Origin: an uncultured Clostridia bacterium
Lineage (GTDB): Bacteria > Bacillota > Clostridia > Christensenellales > UBA1242
DNA length: 64,000 nucleotides
Assembly (NCBI GenBank): GCA_934778215.1
Contig: CAKVOE010000002.1
Coordinates: 105,829 to 169,828 of the forward strand
Reading direction: 5' to 3'
Shown: positions 17,210 through 27,292 of the stretch, in pieces
Layout: the number at the start of each line of letters is the position of its first letter
How positions within the stretch are numbered: position 1 is the first letter of the stretch
Position numbers and translations under genes: made by a program
Notes under the pieces: model-generated
What the model was told of the DNA's origin: nothing
Database searches by the model: none
Seen by the model: the letters and a program-made list of their open reading frames with translations, nothing else

Positions 17210-17285
17210 TGGAGCTGATAGCCGGATTCGAACCGGCGACCTATTGATTACGAATCAATTGCTCTACCAACTGAGCCATATCAGC
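17210..17285 (-). tRNA. tRNA-Thr (anticodon CGT)
   Basis: The rev-comp reads GCTGATATGGCTCAGTTGGTAGAGCAATTGATTCGTAATCAATAGGTCGCCGGTTCGAATCCGGCTATCAGCTCCA. Anticodon loop TTCGTAA. Confidence 0.95.
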
Positions 17286-17512
17286 AAATTTGGTATATTG
17301 TGTTGAGTTGTTTGGTTATAATGGTTAGGTTTGCACTTTGCCAGCAATTGTTTTGGTTGTTTTGAATTTTGTCTTTAATTTTTAGATGTAATTTGGCAAA
17401 ATTTGAACCAATTGCAATTAATTAAAAATAGTTTTGCAACGCTATGATTATAACCTATAAACAAATAAAGGTCAAGGGCAAAATTCCCTTGACCCCCTAA
17501 TTTTTGTTATTA

Positions 17513-17746
17513 TTATTTTAGTTTTTCGTCAACAAACTTAACTAAGTCTTGAACAGTTTTAATTTCTGGGATTTCGGAATCTGGAATACTTGCACCAAAC
17601 TCGTCCTCTAACCCCATATATATTTCTACCAAATCAATAGAATCTGCTCCCAAATCTTGAAGCAAGTCTGCTTCTAGGGTAACCTTGCTTTCGTCTATTG
17701 AAAGAGTTTTTGCAATAATGCTTCTTACGGTTTCAAAAGTTGTCAT
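17513..17746 (-). CDS. acpP: Acyl carrier protein
   Basis: A 77-aa protein with the phosphopantetheine attachment motif LGADSIDLVEI. Confidence 0.9.
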   Translation of the reverse strand: MTTFETVRSIIAKTLSIDESKVTLEADLLQDLGADSIDLVEIYMGLEDEFGASIPDSEIPEIKTVQDLVKFVDEKLK

Positions 17747-17830
17747 TTTTCTCTCCTATTATTCAATTTAATAAAATTGTATTTATATTATAGTACCAAA
17801 ACGCAATAAGTGTCAACTAATTTTGTACAT

Positions 17831-19132
17831 TTAAGCCACATCAATTAATTCGTTTACCGTTACATCTATTGTTCGTTCTATGCCTGCTCGCTTTACCCTA
17901 AAAGACACGACCATATCTTTTTCCCAGTTGTAAATATGACTTTCTATGCTAGACATATGGTCAAGGTTATCTTCTACTTTGGTGCCATTTTTTAGTGTAT
18001 ACGAAACGCTGATTATCTCGTCTGACACCAAAAATTTGCCAGACGATTGTAGCATTTTTATAGAGTAGGTGGTTCTTAATCTGCCATCGGTGTCCGAAAT
18101 GTTCATTGTTTTTTCTTTCCACTCATAGGTTTTGCCATAAGCAAGACCAATATTAGGCTTTTTTAACGCACCATTGTTTCTAATTATATTCTTTGCAACG
18201 CTTACCGCTATAGAACTAGGAATGGCGTAAAATATGCCTTGAACTACCTCATCTTTAATTGTGCCGTCATCATTTACATCGGCATACTTTGCATTTACTA
18301 TACCAATAAGTTCGCCACTTGCGTTGTATAGCCCGCCACCGCTGTTTCCGCCATTTATTGGGGCGGTGTGACTTAAAAAGGTTACATTATCTCCCGATGA
18401 ACTCCTAAACGCCATCTCTTCTACCGCAACGACACCGGTAGAAACTCTTAAATTATTCGCTCGAGAATTTCCTATGGCAACACAAGAATCTCCAAGCGCA
18501 ATGTTTGTAGACACCGCTACATCAACCGACCTACAAGAACTGTTGCTTAGGGCTTCTTTATTGCTAATTTTTAGCACTGCAATATCGTAAACACTACTTC
18601 CTCCAACAAGCGTTGCTTGAATAGGCGCAACGCCGTCCCAAAGCAATATACTATATGCGCCATATCCTTTTTTATAACTGACACTATTTGCGTTTGCCAC
18701 TACATGATAGTTCGTAATTATCCACGCATCACCCGAACCTTCATCAATTTTGTAAATTACGCCCGAGCCCCAAGAGTTATTGTTGTCAAAAAAATCGTCC
18801 GTGGTTTTCATACTTCTATGACCCACATACTCTTTTTTCATAGCGCCGACATTAACTGTACTAAGCATTCCCTTAGACGCCGCCGTTGCAAGCCCAACCG
18901 TTTCGGTTGATGAGATGTCTAAATTGTAAATTGCCCTTTCGTGAGAAATTTTTGACACCTTAGAGTAGGTTAAAACAACTGCAAAAACCAACAGCAAACA
19001 TATAACAAACTGCAATGAATCTACAAACCCTAACCTTCGCCGACTCTCTCTTTTTGGCTCTGGCGTATTACGGTTTATGGGTTCATTATCATAGGGAATT
19101 TTTCGTTTGGGATTATAATTATCGTTATACAT
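17831..19132 (-). CDS. Membrane-anchored trypsin-like serine protease (S1/HtrA-like)
   Basis: N-terminal TM, His region ITNYHVV, and the catalytic Ser motif GNSGGGLYNASGELIGIVN. Confidence 0.75.
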   Translation of the reverse strand: MYNDNYNPKRKIPYDNEPINRNTPEPKRESRRRLGFVDSLQFVICLLLVFAVVLTYSKVSKISHERAIYNLDISSTETVGLATAASKGMLSTVNVGAMKKEYVGHRSMKTTDDFFDNNNSWGSGVIYKIDEGSGDAWIITNYHVVANANSVSYKKGYGAYSILLWDGVAPIQATLVGGSSVYDIAVLKISNKEALSNSSCRSVDVAVSTNIALGDSCVAIGNSRANNLRVSTGVVAVEEMAFRSSSGDNVTFLSHTAPINGGNSGGGLYNASGELIGIVNAKYADVNDDGTIKDEVVQGIFYAIPSSIAVSVAKNIIRNNGALKKPNIGLAYGKTYEWKEKTMNISDTDGRLRTTYSIKMLQSSGKFLVSDEIISVSYTLKNGTKVEDNLDHMSSIESHIYNWEKDMVVSFRVKRAGIERTIDVTVNELIDVA

Positions 19133-19144
19133 ACACCCACTCCT

Positions 19145-20731
19145 TTATCTTACTTCGTAATTGTTTCTATTTTTTATTACCTTGTATACCAAATATCCAA
19201 AATACACTACCATCAATCCAGCGGTTCCATAAAGCAAAATTGCCACAACGTCCACATTCTTTTCTGGATTTTTTACCGTTACGCTAAAATTTGTATTTTT
19301 GATACCGTCTGTATAATCGGTTCTAAACGTGTTCAATCTATCATCATAAACAGTTATTTCTATATTTGCTTCGCCCTTGCCAACCGCCTCAATTGTAACC
19401 TGTTGGTTGGCATAATCAATTTTTACAATTTTTAAAACGCTTTCATTTGTAGATTTAAAAACCGGCTTAAACTCCGAACTCGTAAAAACGCTGTGTACTT
19501 TGTAGTTTACCGAATACCTATCACCAACATCTAAGTTTAACGAATTAATTGTAAACCACACACCCGTGCCATAATCTTGTGGCACAAGCGTTGCTTTTCC
19601 AATGGTGGTTTCGCCAAAAAATTTATCTCCAAACATAAATTTTAAAACATATTGCCCACTTTCTAATTTAAAACTGCGTTTTTCGAGGTTTGTATCATCG
19701 TCACTACCATAAAAATAGGTTTTTTCACTTCCGCCATCTTTACTAACCGTTATTCTAAAATAATCGCCGTTATTATATTCTTCACTAAGCAAATTTTTTT
19801 CGCCAAACCATAAACTGTTAAAAATATCTGTTGTTTTTGGCAGGTTAAAATGCTCTCCCACATAACACGGCTCACTTGTAAACGTTTTTACATCTGAAAC
19901 CTTTTTATTTACATAAACAAACGGCTGTTTTTGAAGGGCTACAACACTAGAAGCCTTGCTAAACCCCGTAGTGGTTAACTCTGCCGAATAAAAATACATT
20001 GAGCCTTGGTTTATAAATTCGTTATTTTGAGAGATATAAAAGGAATCTAACTCGCTAAACGAATAAATATCATATTCATTTTCGCCTTCGGTAACCGTGT
20101 TTTTTATGCTATCTAACCCCGTTAATTTGCTTAACGGAAAACTTACAAGGTTCCAACCATAAGGAATGGTATTTTTGTTAAAAGCAGAATCGTAATTATA
20201 TTCGTACTCCGCCCCGCTAAGCGATGATTCTTTTTTTAATAACTCATCTAGTTGATCTGATTTAAGCGAAAATGTAACTTTTTTTGTTGCATCTGCCGAA
20301 CTAACAAAACCTAACTCCAAATCGTAACAACTGCCCGCATACTTAATATTTGCATCAAAATAAATCCAAATGTTAACACCCCAATTATTTATGTCACTAA
20401 CTTTTATATTGTTTTCAAATAGTTGTTCTTCAAAAACTTTGGTTTGCGGTGCGATATAATTTAGTTTGCCGTTGGGCGTTAAGGTCGGCTTAAAACTTAC
20501 ACCCGCCTCTCTTTCGCCCGTGTATACCCCATCTTTATATTTTAGCGGGGTAAAATTTACCCTATTTTCGAGCATTGTATTTTGAGAAGCGAAATATATT
20601 TTTTTTGAATAGGGCGTAACCGCCACTTCATCTGCCACAGCAAACGCCTGTGGAACTACTTTTACCGCTCCACAAAGCACCAAAAAAAGGGCTATTATTA
20701 AACAAAAAACTTTTTTTGTAAATTTGCTCAT
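19145..20731 (-). CDS. Secreted or type-I membrane surface protein with an Ig-like (Big_2-like) domain
   Basis: Signal peptide MSKFTKKVFCLIIALFLVLCGAV..AFA, a C-terminal TM, and VLKIVKIDYANQQVTIEAVGKGEANIEITV. Confidence 0.5.
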   Translation of the reverse strand: MSKFTKKVFCLIIALFLVLCGAVKVVPQAFAVADEVAVTPYSKKIYFASQNTMLENRVNFTPLKYKDGVYTGEREAGVSFKPTLTPNGKLNYIAPQTKVFEEQLFENNIKVSDINNWGVNIWIYFDANIKYAGSCYDLELGFVSSADATKKVTFSLKSDQLDELLKKESSLSGAEYEYNYDSAFNKNTIPYGWNLVSFPLSKLTGLDSIKNTVTEGENEYDIYSFSELDSFYISQNNEFINQGSMYFYSAELTTTGFSKASSVVALQKQPFVYVNKKVSDVKTFTSEPCYVGEHFNLPKTTDIFNSLWFGEKNLLSEEYNNGDYFRITVSKDGGSEKTYFYGSDDDTNLEKRSFKLESGQYVLKFMFGDKFFGETTIGKATLVPQDYGTGVWFTINSLNLDVGDRYSVNYKVHSVFTSSEFKPVFKSTNESVLKIVKIDYANQQVTIEAVGKGEANIEITVYDDRLNTFRTDYTDGIKNTNFSVTVKNPEKNVDVVAILLYGTAGLMVVYFGYLVYKVIKNRNNYEVR

Positions 20732-20741
20732 TTTGCTCCTA

Positions 20742-21434
20742 TCACAAAAATGTATGCATTATATTTTCTATTTGCCAGTTTATTGGCTGTTGACCTGACT
20801 CTTTCAAAATTTCATTAGTTTTTGAAAAATGCTTACAGCCAAAGAATCCGCTATATGCCGACAAAGGGCTTGGGTGCGTAGCATACAAAATAGCATGCTT
20901 AGAACTATCAATAAGTTTTGCTTTTTGCTTTGCATTGTTACCCCAAAGCAAAAATACCACCTTATTATCCTTTTGGTTTAAATGTTTTATAACTGCGTCA
21001 GTAAACTGCTCCCACCCTAAGAATCTATGTGAATTTGGTTGACCCTCTCTAACAGAAAGCACGGTGTTTAGTAGTAGCACGCCCTGTTTTGCCCACGGAA
21101 CCAAATATCCGTTATCGGGAACGTATCCACCTATATCATCGGCAATTTCCTTAAAAATATTTACAAGAGATGGCGGAATAGGAACACCCGGCATTACCGA
21201 AAAGGCTAGCCCGTGAGCCTGCCCCTCTCCGTGGTAAGGGTCTTGTCCAATAATTACAACCTTAACATCTTTATATGGTGTAAGCTTAAATGCCGAAAAA
21301 ATCTTATTTTCTTGCGGATAGACCTTTCTTGTTGCATATTCATGTTGTAAACCATTTAAAATATTTTGAAAATATTCACTTTCAAATTCGCCCTTTAAGA
21401 CATTATCCCAATCGTTGTGAAAAAACTCCATCAA
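20742..21434 (-). CDS. ung: Uracil-DNA glycosylase
   Basis: GQDPYHGEGQAHGLAFSV, HPSPLSA and LLLNTVLSV motifs. Confidence 0.95.
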   Translation of the reverse strand: MMEFFHNDWDNVLKGEFESEYFQNILNGLQHEYATRKVYPQENKIFSAFKLTPYKDVKVVIIGQDPYHGEGQAHGLAFSVMPGVPIPPSLVNIFKEIADDIGGYVPDNGYLVPWAKQGVLLLNTVLSVREGQPNSHRFLGWEQFTDAVIKHLNQKDNKVVFLLWGNNAKQKAKLIDSSKHAILYATHPSPLSAYSGFFGCKHFSKTNEILKESGQQPINWQIENIMHTFL

Positions 21435-21446
21435 TTTTCTCCTTTG

Positions 21447-21836
21447 CTACCTATTTATTCGACCCCCCACATTTTCGGCGAACACCGCATAAATAGCCGT
21501 GTCATATCTTAATTTTGCAGATGGGTCAAAAGGCTTTGTGCCTTCTGCGTCATAAAACCAACCTAAAAATTCGCTATCATACCCCGTCAAATTTAGCCCC
21601 GTTGTAATAACCGAACCATCTGTGTTATTTACAATTGCATCAGACGACTGTGCATTTGTAGGCAACAAAAGCGTTGCCCCTACCGACATGGTAATAGGAA
21701 CTGGACGAGAACCAATATATAATGTAACACTAATTTTGTAATCTTTTGATTGCTGAACCAACCTAAATAAACCATAGGCCAGCACAACAGCCGAAATTAT
21801 GCAAGCAAACACAGTTGAAAGGATTTTTTTCTTCAT
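21447..21836 (-). CDS. Small membrane-anchored protein with a Listeria-Bacteroides (Flg_new) repeat
   Basis: N-terminal TM. LTGYDSEFLGWFYDAEGTKPFDPSAKLRYDTAIYAVF matches the repeat family pattern. Confidence 0.5.
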   Translation of the reverse strand: MKKKILSTVFACIISAVVLAYGLFRLVQQSKDYKISVTLYIGSRPVPITMSVGATLLLPTNAQSSDAIVNNTDGSVITTGLNLTGYDSEFLGWFYDAEGTKPFDPSAKLRYDTAIYAVFAENVGGRINR

Positions 21837-21991
21837 AAAATTTAACCCCACTAATTTTTAGTAATTTTATTATACACTTACAAGCCGAATTTTCAAAGTA
21901 AATTTTTGGACTTTTAAACATAATAAATATTAATATTATATTTTGCAAAAAACTTTGATTTTATTAAACTATTTGTGTATAATAATGTGTA

Positions 21992-22900
21992 ATGAAACGA
22001 GATTTAAAATTTTTCTTGCCATATAGACTGGTAATGGTGGTATTCTTTGCTTGTGTACTACTAACTTCTTTTATGCCCATTGTTTCAATAGATAAATATA
22101 CCGAGTACAAATTTTTTGACACAAAATATGCTTCAGACTATGCCAGCAGTTATTCGCCAGTGGCATCAAAAATTACGCCAATAGATCTTATGAAAAACCT
22201 TTGGCTAAATGACGAAACCATTGAAATTATTAAACTAGATTACGCCACCTTTAAAGAGTGGTGTGACGATTATTACTCACAAGGAAATTGGACAAAAGAA
22301 GAATACGAAGAATATTTGGCAAATGCAGAACAAACCAATGTATATTACATTTCTACCATTTATGACGGCACCGCCGACTTTGCACGAATACAAGATAAAG
22401 TACATTTAATTTCCATAATAACCATAGTAATTTATGGACTAGCACTAATTTTATTTTTATTTAATCTTATAAACCTGTTTTTGAATGTAAAATTTATTTA
22501 CATAATTAACTCTCAGGCTTCGTGGATTTACACATTGCTTTGCACCTTTTATTGTATATACATTTTTTCTACCAGCATTACCAACACCATAGAGTTAAAT
22601 GGCGGAGATGTAAAACAGTTTGATATAATTGGTTTGTCTACATCGGCACTTTTTATATGGCTAATTATTTTAGAAGCACTGTATTCCGTCTTTTCAATTA
22701 TAGTAAGCAACCGCTTTGCAAAACTGTATATGCGAATTGAAGAAGTTCCAGAGTTTGTATCTAGTCGGGTTCAAACACCTATCAAAAGGAAACGCCCAAC
22801 CTATATACCTCACGACATTTTAGAAAATTCAAATAAAGTAAAAAACACAAAAAACAACAAAAAGAAAAAGGGCAAGAAGAAAAAAAGTGGAAAAAAATAA
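21992..22900 (+). CDS. Hypothetical multi-pass membrane protein with a Lys-rich C-terminal tail
   Basis: Several TM helices and a tail NKKKKGKKKKSGKK. No motif recognised. Confidence 0.45.
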   Translation: MKRDLKFFLPYRLVMVVFFACVLLTSFMPIVSIDKYTEYKFFDTKYASDYASSYSPVASKITPIDLMKNLWLNDETIEIIKLDYATFKEWCDDYYSQGNWTKEEYEEYLANAEQTNVYYISTIYDGTADFARIQDKVHLISIITIVIYGLALILFLFNLINLFLNVKFIYIINSQASWIYTLLCTFYCIYIFSTSITNTIELNGGDVKQFDIIGLSTSALFIWLIILEALYSVFSIIVSNRFAKLYMRIEEVPEFVSSRVQTPIKRKRPTYIPHDILENSNKVKNTKNNKKKKGKKKKSGKK

Positions 22901-24239
22901 ACTCTTTGAAGGCACAGTAATAGACCTAAATGATGACGGTGACGGAATTGTAAAAATTGATTCCGATGTCGTTTTTGTGCCTGATACCATAAAAAATGAA
23001 AAAATTAGGGGCATAATTATTAATTCTAAAAGCAAATTTGCAATTGGTAAGGTTACCGAACTTTTAACCACTAGCCCACTAAGAGTACCTCCCGCTTGCC
23101 CATATAGCACGTCTTGCGGGGGCTGTTCTTTGCAACACCTAAATTACAACGATCAACTTGTTTTTAAGCAAAATAAAGTCGCAAATGCTTTTAAAAGGGT
23201 TGCCAAACTAACCATATTACCAACTCAAACGGTTGCATCTAATTCTTTTAGATATAGAAATAAAATTGCCATGCCAATAGACCCCGAATGTAGAAGAGTT
23301 GGGCTTTTTAGAACCAATTCGCATAAATTAGTGCCGGTAGACGACTGCATAATCACAAAAGACTGGATAAAGCCATTAATAAAAGTGGTAAATGATTTTT
23401 TGCAAAAATCCACAATTTCTATATATAATGAAAGCACAAAAAAGGGGCTATTAAAGCACCTTGTTGCACGAGAGGTTAATAATAACATTTTAATTACGCT
23501 TGTTATAAACGGCGACAGCCTGCCAAATATTGACCCCCTAATTAGCGACTTAAAACAAACTTTTGGCGAAAATTTTGGCTTAAACCTAAACAAAAATAAA
23601 CTATGCAACAATGTTATACTAACTGATGAATTTATTCATATTTATGGTCTAAGTTCGCTCAAAAAAACCGATTTTGGAATTACCTACCCCATTACTAACG
23701 CTAGTTTTATGCAAGTTAATGACGAAATCTGCGAAAAAATATATCAAACAGTTTTAAATAATATTTCAGCAAAAGATGTAGTTATTAACGCATATAGCGG
23801 AGCAGGTCTTTTATCGGCACTTATCTCTACAAAAGCAAAGTTTGTATACGGAATTGAGATTGTTTCTGACGCTTCTCGCTCGGCAGAAAAATTAAAAATA
23901 GATAACAACATAAATAACCTAATTAATATTTGTGGCGACTGCACAAAGGAACTACCAAAACTAATTAGTTTAAACAACATTAATGACTTTACCCTAGTTG
24001 TTGACCCGCCACGAAAAGGTTTAACAATTGAAGTTGTTGAGTGCATAAAAAAATCTATGCCAAACAAAATTATTTATATATCTTGTAACCCACAAACCTT
24101 AGCAAGGGATATTGCTTTAATTGTGCAAGACGGAAATTTTGTACTAGAAAGTGTTATTCCCTACGATATGTTTCCCGAAACCGCACATGTAGAAAGTGTT
24201 TGCATTTTAAAAAAATCAAACTCTTTGCCCGCTAATTAA
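22887..24239 (+). CDS. 23S rRNA (uracil-C5)-methyltransferase, RlmCD/RumA family
   Basis: N-terminal TRAM domain, Fe-S Cys cluster CPYSTSCGGCSLQHL, SAM-binding and DPPRKG motifs, and the catalytic Cys in ISCNP. Confidence 0.85.
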   Translation: MEKNKLFEGTVIDLNDDGDGIVKIDSDVVFVPDTIKNEKIRGIIINSKSKFAIGKVTELLTTSPLRVPPACPYSTSCGGCSLQHLNYNDQLVFKQNKVANAFKRVAKLTILPTQTVASNSFRYRNKIAMPIDPECRRVGLFRTNSHKLVPVDDCIITKDWIKPLIKVVNDFLQKSTISIYNESTKKGLLKHLVAREVNNNILITLVINGDSLPNIDPLISDLKQTFGENFGLNLNKNKLCNNVILTDEFIHIYGLSSLKKTDFGITYPITNASFMQVNDEICEKIYQTVLNNISAKDVVINAYSGAGLLSALISTKAKFVYGIEIVSDASRSAEKLKIDNNINNLINICGDCTKELPKLISLNNINDFTLVVDPPRKGLTIEVVECIKKSMPNKIIYISCNPQTLARDIALIVQDGNFVLESVIPYDMFPETAHVESVCILKKSNSLPAN

Positions 24240-24449
24240 AAAACAAGTTATCAATACTTGTTCAATTTTTGCTTATAATTGATTTTTTTACTTGCTACTA
24301 CTACTAAATTAAAAAGCAATCATTAAAGCCTATTACTTTTGAAACTAGCAAAATAAAAAGTAAGGAACAATGCAAATTTAATGCATTGTTCCTTTTTGAT
24401 AGTTTTAACTTTCATTAACTATGGAGTCTATATTTTGCCTTAATTAATT

Positions 24450-25574
24450 TTACAAATTTGCCAAAACTCTTTTTACTCTTGGCATAAAAACATTGTACAT
24501 ATTCACAAGTTCGTTTGCTATCTTTTCTACATCAAGGTCAAAATCATAATTTGTATAGTTTGTTGTATCAAAATATGGGCCATTTAATCGGCGAGAGCAT
24601 GGTTTTTTATAATACTTTCCAAATCTACCAATTCTTGTTGCCATTTTTTCGTTATTTCTATCCCAAATAAGTTCATAACCAATTTCGTTTTCAATCTCTT
24701 TTTTATGCAAATAAAGTTTGTCGTAAATAGTTTTTGCATCTCTATCTCCAAGATACACACAAATATCGTGCAAACAAGCATAACGGTCAACTCTTACATT
24801 TACCATAATTTTACTAAATGTCAAATCGCTCATTTTACGAATATCAAAATGCTCGCAATTATTTCTATATTTTACAAAGAAATCAGGGTAATTTTCTTTA
24901 AAACATTGTGCTAATTTATCAAAGAAATCTCTTCTTATTTTTTCTTCATCTCTCATTTCAGAAACCTCCATTTTTATCTCTGGACATATTTTTTCCGGTT
25001 TTGAAGAAACTGTTATGTTGTGTGGGTTTGTTTGAATATCGTTTAAATCTTCATTTTCTCTATCGTAAATTTCTATGCCACAATCTTCATAGGCTTTAAG
25101 CGGATTTTCACGATGCTTTCTATATCCTTGTGCATTTAGTTGTTTGTTTTCATCTTTTGTTATCCAACAAAGTCGTTGTTTTGAAATAAGTTCTTTGATT
25201 TTTTGAATATCAAGTTTTCCTTCTTCGCAAAGTTTACGCAGTTTGGTTTTAAAATCAAAAGCAGTCGTCATATGTTCGTCTACAAAATGTTGATGAACAA
25301 CTATTTTTGTCCCATCATTTGTTCTAACTGAACTTAACCAGTCATAATCTCTTATGTCTTTGCCTGTCAAATCATAAAACTCATTATAAGCTTTTACACT
25401 TGCTAAATGTTTTGGAAATTTTGATAAAACCCACTCGTCGTGACTTGCTCTATCAAATATCCACTTGTTCGCGACTGTTGGATTGTGAACCATTGCCTGG
25501 GTATAATCTAGTAGCATTTTGCACCAAGTATCAAAATCCTCTTCTTTATCCATAAATTTTTCGTTCGTATTCAT
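24450..25574 (-). CDS. Hypothetical protein with a C-terminal DUF4268-like domain and an uncharacterised N-terminal domain
   Basis: The C-terminal stretch TIYDKLYLHKKEIENEIGYELIWDRNNEKMATRI....LVNMYNVFMPRVKRVL follows the DUF4268 pattern as I remember it. The N-terminal half contains VDEH..(35 aa)..LCWITKDENKQLN. Start moved to MNTNEKF (RBS GAGGAAAG). Confidence 0.4.
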   Translation of the reverse strand: MNTNEKFMDKEEDFDTWCKMLLDYTQAMVHNPTVANKWIFDRASHDEWVLSKFPKHLASVKAYNEFYDLTGKDIRDYDWLSSVRTNDGTKIVVHQHFVDEHMTTAFDFKTKLRKLCEEGKLDIQKIKELISKQRLCWITKDENKQLNAQGYRKHRENPLKAYEDCGIEIYDRENEDLNDIQTNPHNITVSSKPEKICPEIKMEVSEMRDEEKIRRDFFDKLAQCFKENYPDFFVKYRNNCEHFDIRKMSDLTFSKIMVNVRVDRYACLHDICVYLGDRDAKTIYDKLYLHKKEIENEIGYELIWDRNNEKMATRIGRFGKYYKKPCSRRLNGPYFDTTNYTNYDFDLDVEKIANELVNMYNVFMPRVKRVLANL

Positions 25575-25644
25575 AATTCTTTCCTCTTTTTTGTATATGA
25601 AATACACTATAAGGTATTTCGATGGAAACAAGTAAAATGTTTTA

Positions 25645-26091
25645 TCATAAATTTTTATTCTTAAAATCTCTTATTTTGTTTAATGTTATTTCACATCTGT
25701 TTCCACCAAAATACTTAAATAATAAATTCTTTAATATTGGTAATTTTGTTACTTCATAAAATAGAGTTAATGAAGAACAAAATTTTATTGAATCTATAAA
25801 TCCCAATACTTCATAGATAGTAAAATCTTTTAAATTTAACAAAATATTACAACATTCCAAATATCTATACCACAAAATTTTGTTTTTCACATATTCCACA
25901 GCCTCTTCTATATTTTCAATTCCATAAATATTTGAATTTTCACTTCTTCCAAGACCCTTTAATTGTGGGAATATATACCAAATCCAATGTGTTTCCTTAT
26001 AACCATTGTTTAATTGTTTGATAACATCACAATAAATTTCATTTTGTGCTTTTATAAACCTTTCCAAATTATATTTATCATTCTCCATCAA
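25645..26091 (-). CDS. DUF1810-family protein
   Basis: LERFIKAQNEIYCDVIKQLNNGYKETHWIWYIFPQLKGLGRSENSNIYGI is the classic DUF1810 N-terminal signature. Confidence 0.8.
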   Translation of the reverse strand: MMENDKYNLERFIKAQNEIYCDVIKQLNNGYKETHWIWYIFPQLKGLGRSENSNIYGIENIEEAVEYVKNKILWYRYLECCNILLNLKDFTIYEVLGFIDSIKFCSSLTLFYEVTKLPILKNLLFKYFGGNRCEITLNKIRDFKNKNL

Positions 26092-26100
26092 AACACCTGT

Positions 26101-26562
26101 TTATTGTTTCAAATTTGCAAAAGGCAACTGTCCATATTTGTTTTTAAATTCACACAACAATTCTTTTTTTACTTTTTCAGAATCATCACACTTCATATAC
26201 CATATGTGCAAATTTTCATAATTTTGTATTTGCCCAATTATTCTACCACCGAAGGCGGAAACATTTTTCCCACCCCAAAACTTGAGATGTTTCAAGACTT
26301 TTTTGTAAACAGTTTTAGATTCGCTTTTCCCAATATATAGAATATCGGCATCTTTCAACCATCTGTTTTGCAACTCATCAATGGAAACAGCGACTTTTCT
26401 ATCTCTCCATATCTCTAAATTAGCAGTCTCGTTAAAATCTACTTTTCCAAAATCACTAGGAAGAACAAAAATATAAACTCCATAGTAATTCCCTTTGCTT
26501 TCGTTCAAATCTCTCAATGTTCCGCCGAATTCAAAATCTCTATCAAAAAATCTTTTAATCAT
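26101..26562 (-). CDS. Hypothetical protein, possibly a divergent GIY-YIG-like fold
   Basis: YGVYIF and ILYIGKS elements are present but about 45 aa apart, much longer than canonical. Weak call. Confidence 0.25.
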   Translation of the reverse strand: MIKRFFDRDFEFGGTLRDLNESKGNYYGVYIFVLPSDFGKVDFNETANLEIWRDRKVAVSIDELQNRWLKDADILYIGKSESKTVYKKVLKHLKFWGGKNVSAFGGRIIGQIQNYENLHIWYMKCDDSEKVKKELLCEFKNKYGQLPFANLKQ

Positions 26563-26831
26563 TTTTTAATCTCCTTAAAAAAACAATCTCCTTGATTTAT
26601 CTTATATTTTAAGATTAAATCTATCAATTCTCTCAAAAATAAAATCATATTTTTGTTTTGTAGGCGTTTTGTAAAACGCGTTATACTAGGGGCATTTACT
26701 CCTTTTTCTAAGCACCTTTCACACAAACACCATCTCCCATGACAATGATATTTTTTGTAAACAATTTCAAAATCTTCTAATTGCGATTCAGCAATAATTT
26801 CGCCACAACATTTACACTTATATAGTGGCAT
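26559..26831 (-). CDS. Small Cys-rich (zinc-ribbon-like) protein
   Basis: CKCCGE...HCHGRWCLCERC. Start moved to MPLYKC so that it no longer overlaps the upstream gene. Confidence 0.4.
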   Translation of the reverse strand: MPLYKCKCCGEIIAESQLEDFEIVYKKYHCHGRWCLCERCLEKGVNAPSITRFTKRLQNKNMILFLRELIDLILKYKINQGDCFFKEIKK

Positions 26832-26841
26832 ATAAAATGTT

Positions 26842-27132
26842 TCAGTTCTCTTCACTATTTTTCTCCAAAACAGTTGTGTTTGTTGGTACACTTACCCCTA
26901 AAAGTGGATAGGACTTCATGTAACAACCTTTGCCTTTAATTGTAACAATATCACACCCATACTCTTTAAGATAATTAATGTTACGAGCAATTGTTTTTCT
27001 ATCGCAAGAAATTCCACAGACTTTGCCAATTTGTTCTGCAATTTTTGTTTGATGCAATAAGCAATCTTTTGAACTCCCATATTTTAACGCATCATAAACA
27101 TATAAAATAATAAGTTTTTTGTGCTTTTTCAT
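26842..27132 (-). CDS. Winged-helix/HTH DNA-binding protein
   Basis: LHQTKIAEQIGKVCGISCDRKTIARNINYLKEYGCDIV resembles HTH_11/DeoR-N type helices. RBS GGAGG. Confidence 0.45.
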   Translation of the reverse strand: MKKHKKLIILYVYDALKYGSSKDCLLHQTKIAEQIGKVCGISCDRKTIARNINYLKEYGCDIVTIKGKGCYMKSYPLLGVSVPTNTTVLEKNSEEN

Positions 27133-27292
27133 CATTTCCTCCATTCTTATTATATCATACCACATGAGACAAAAACGAACCGACCATAAATTTTTTCAAA
27201 TTTTTACTCAAGTTCTCATATTATAAGGGTTACCTTGTTTCTTACTCCATTCATTTAACATAAGTCTTTTGTATTATTTTTAGTTTTTCTTT

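Noticed and set aside
24270-24396. Possible small RNA between the rumA terminator and a second hairpin at 24361-24396.
   Set aside because: The second hairpin is adequately explained as the terminator of the convergent minus-strand gene ending at 24450. No convincing promoter was found.
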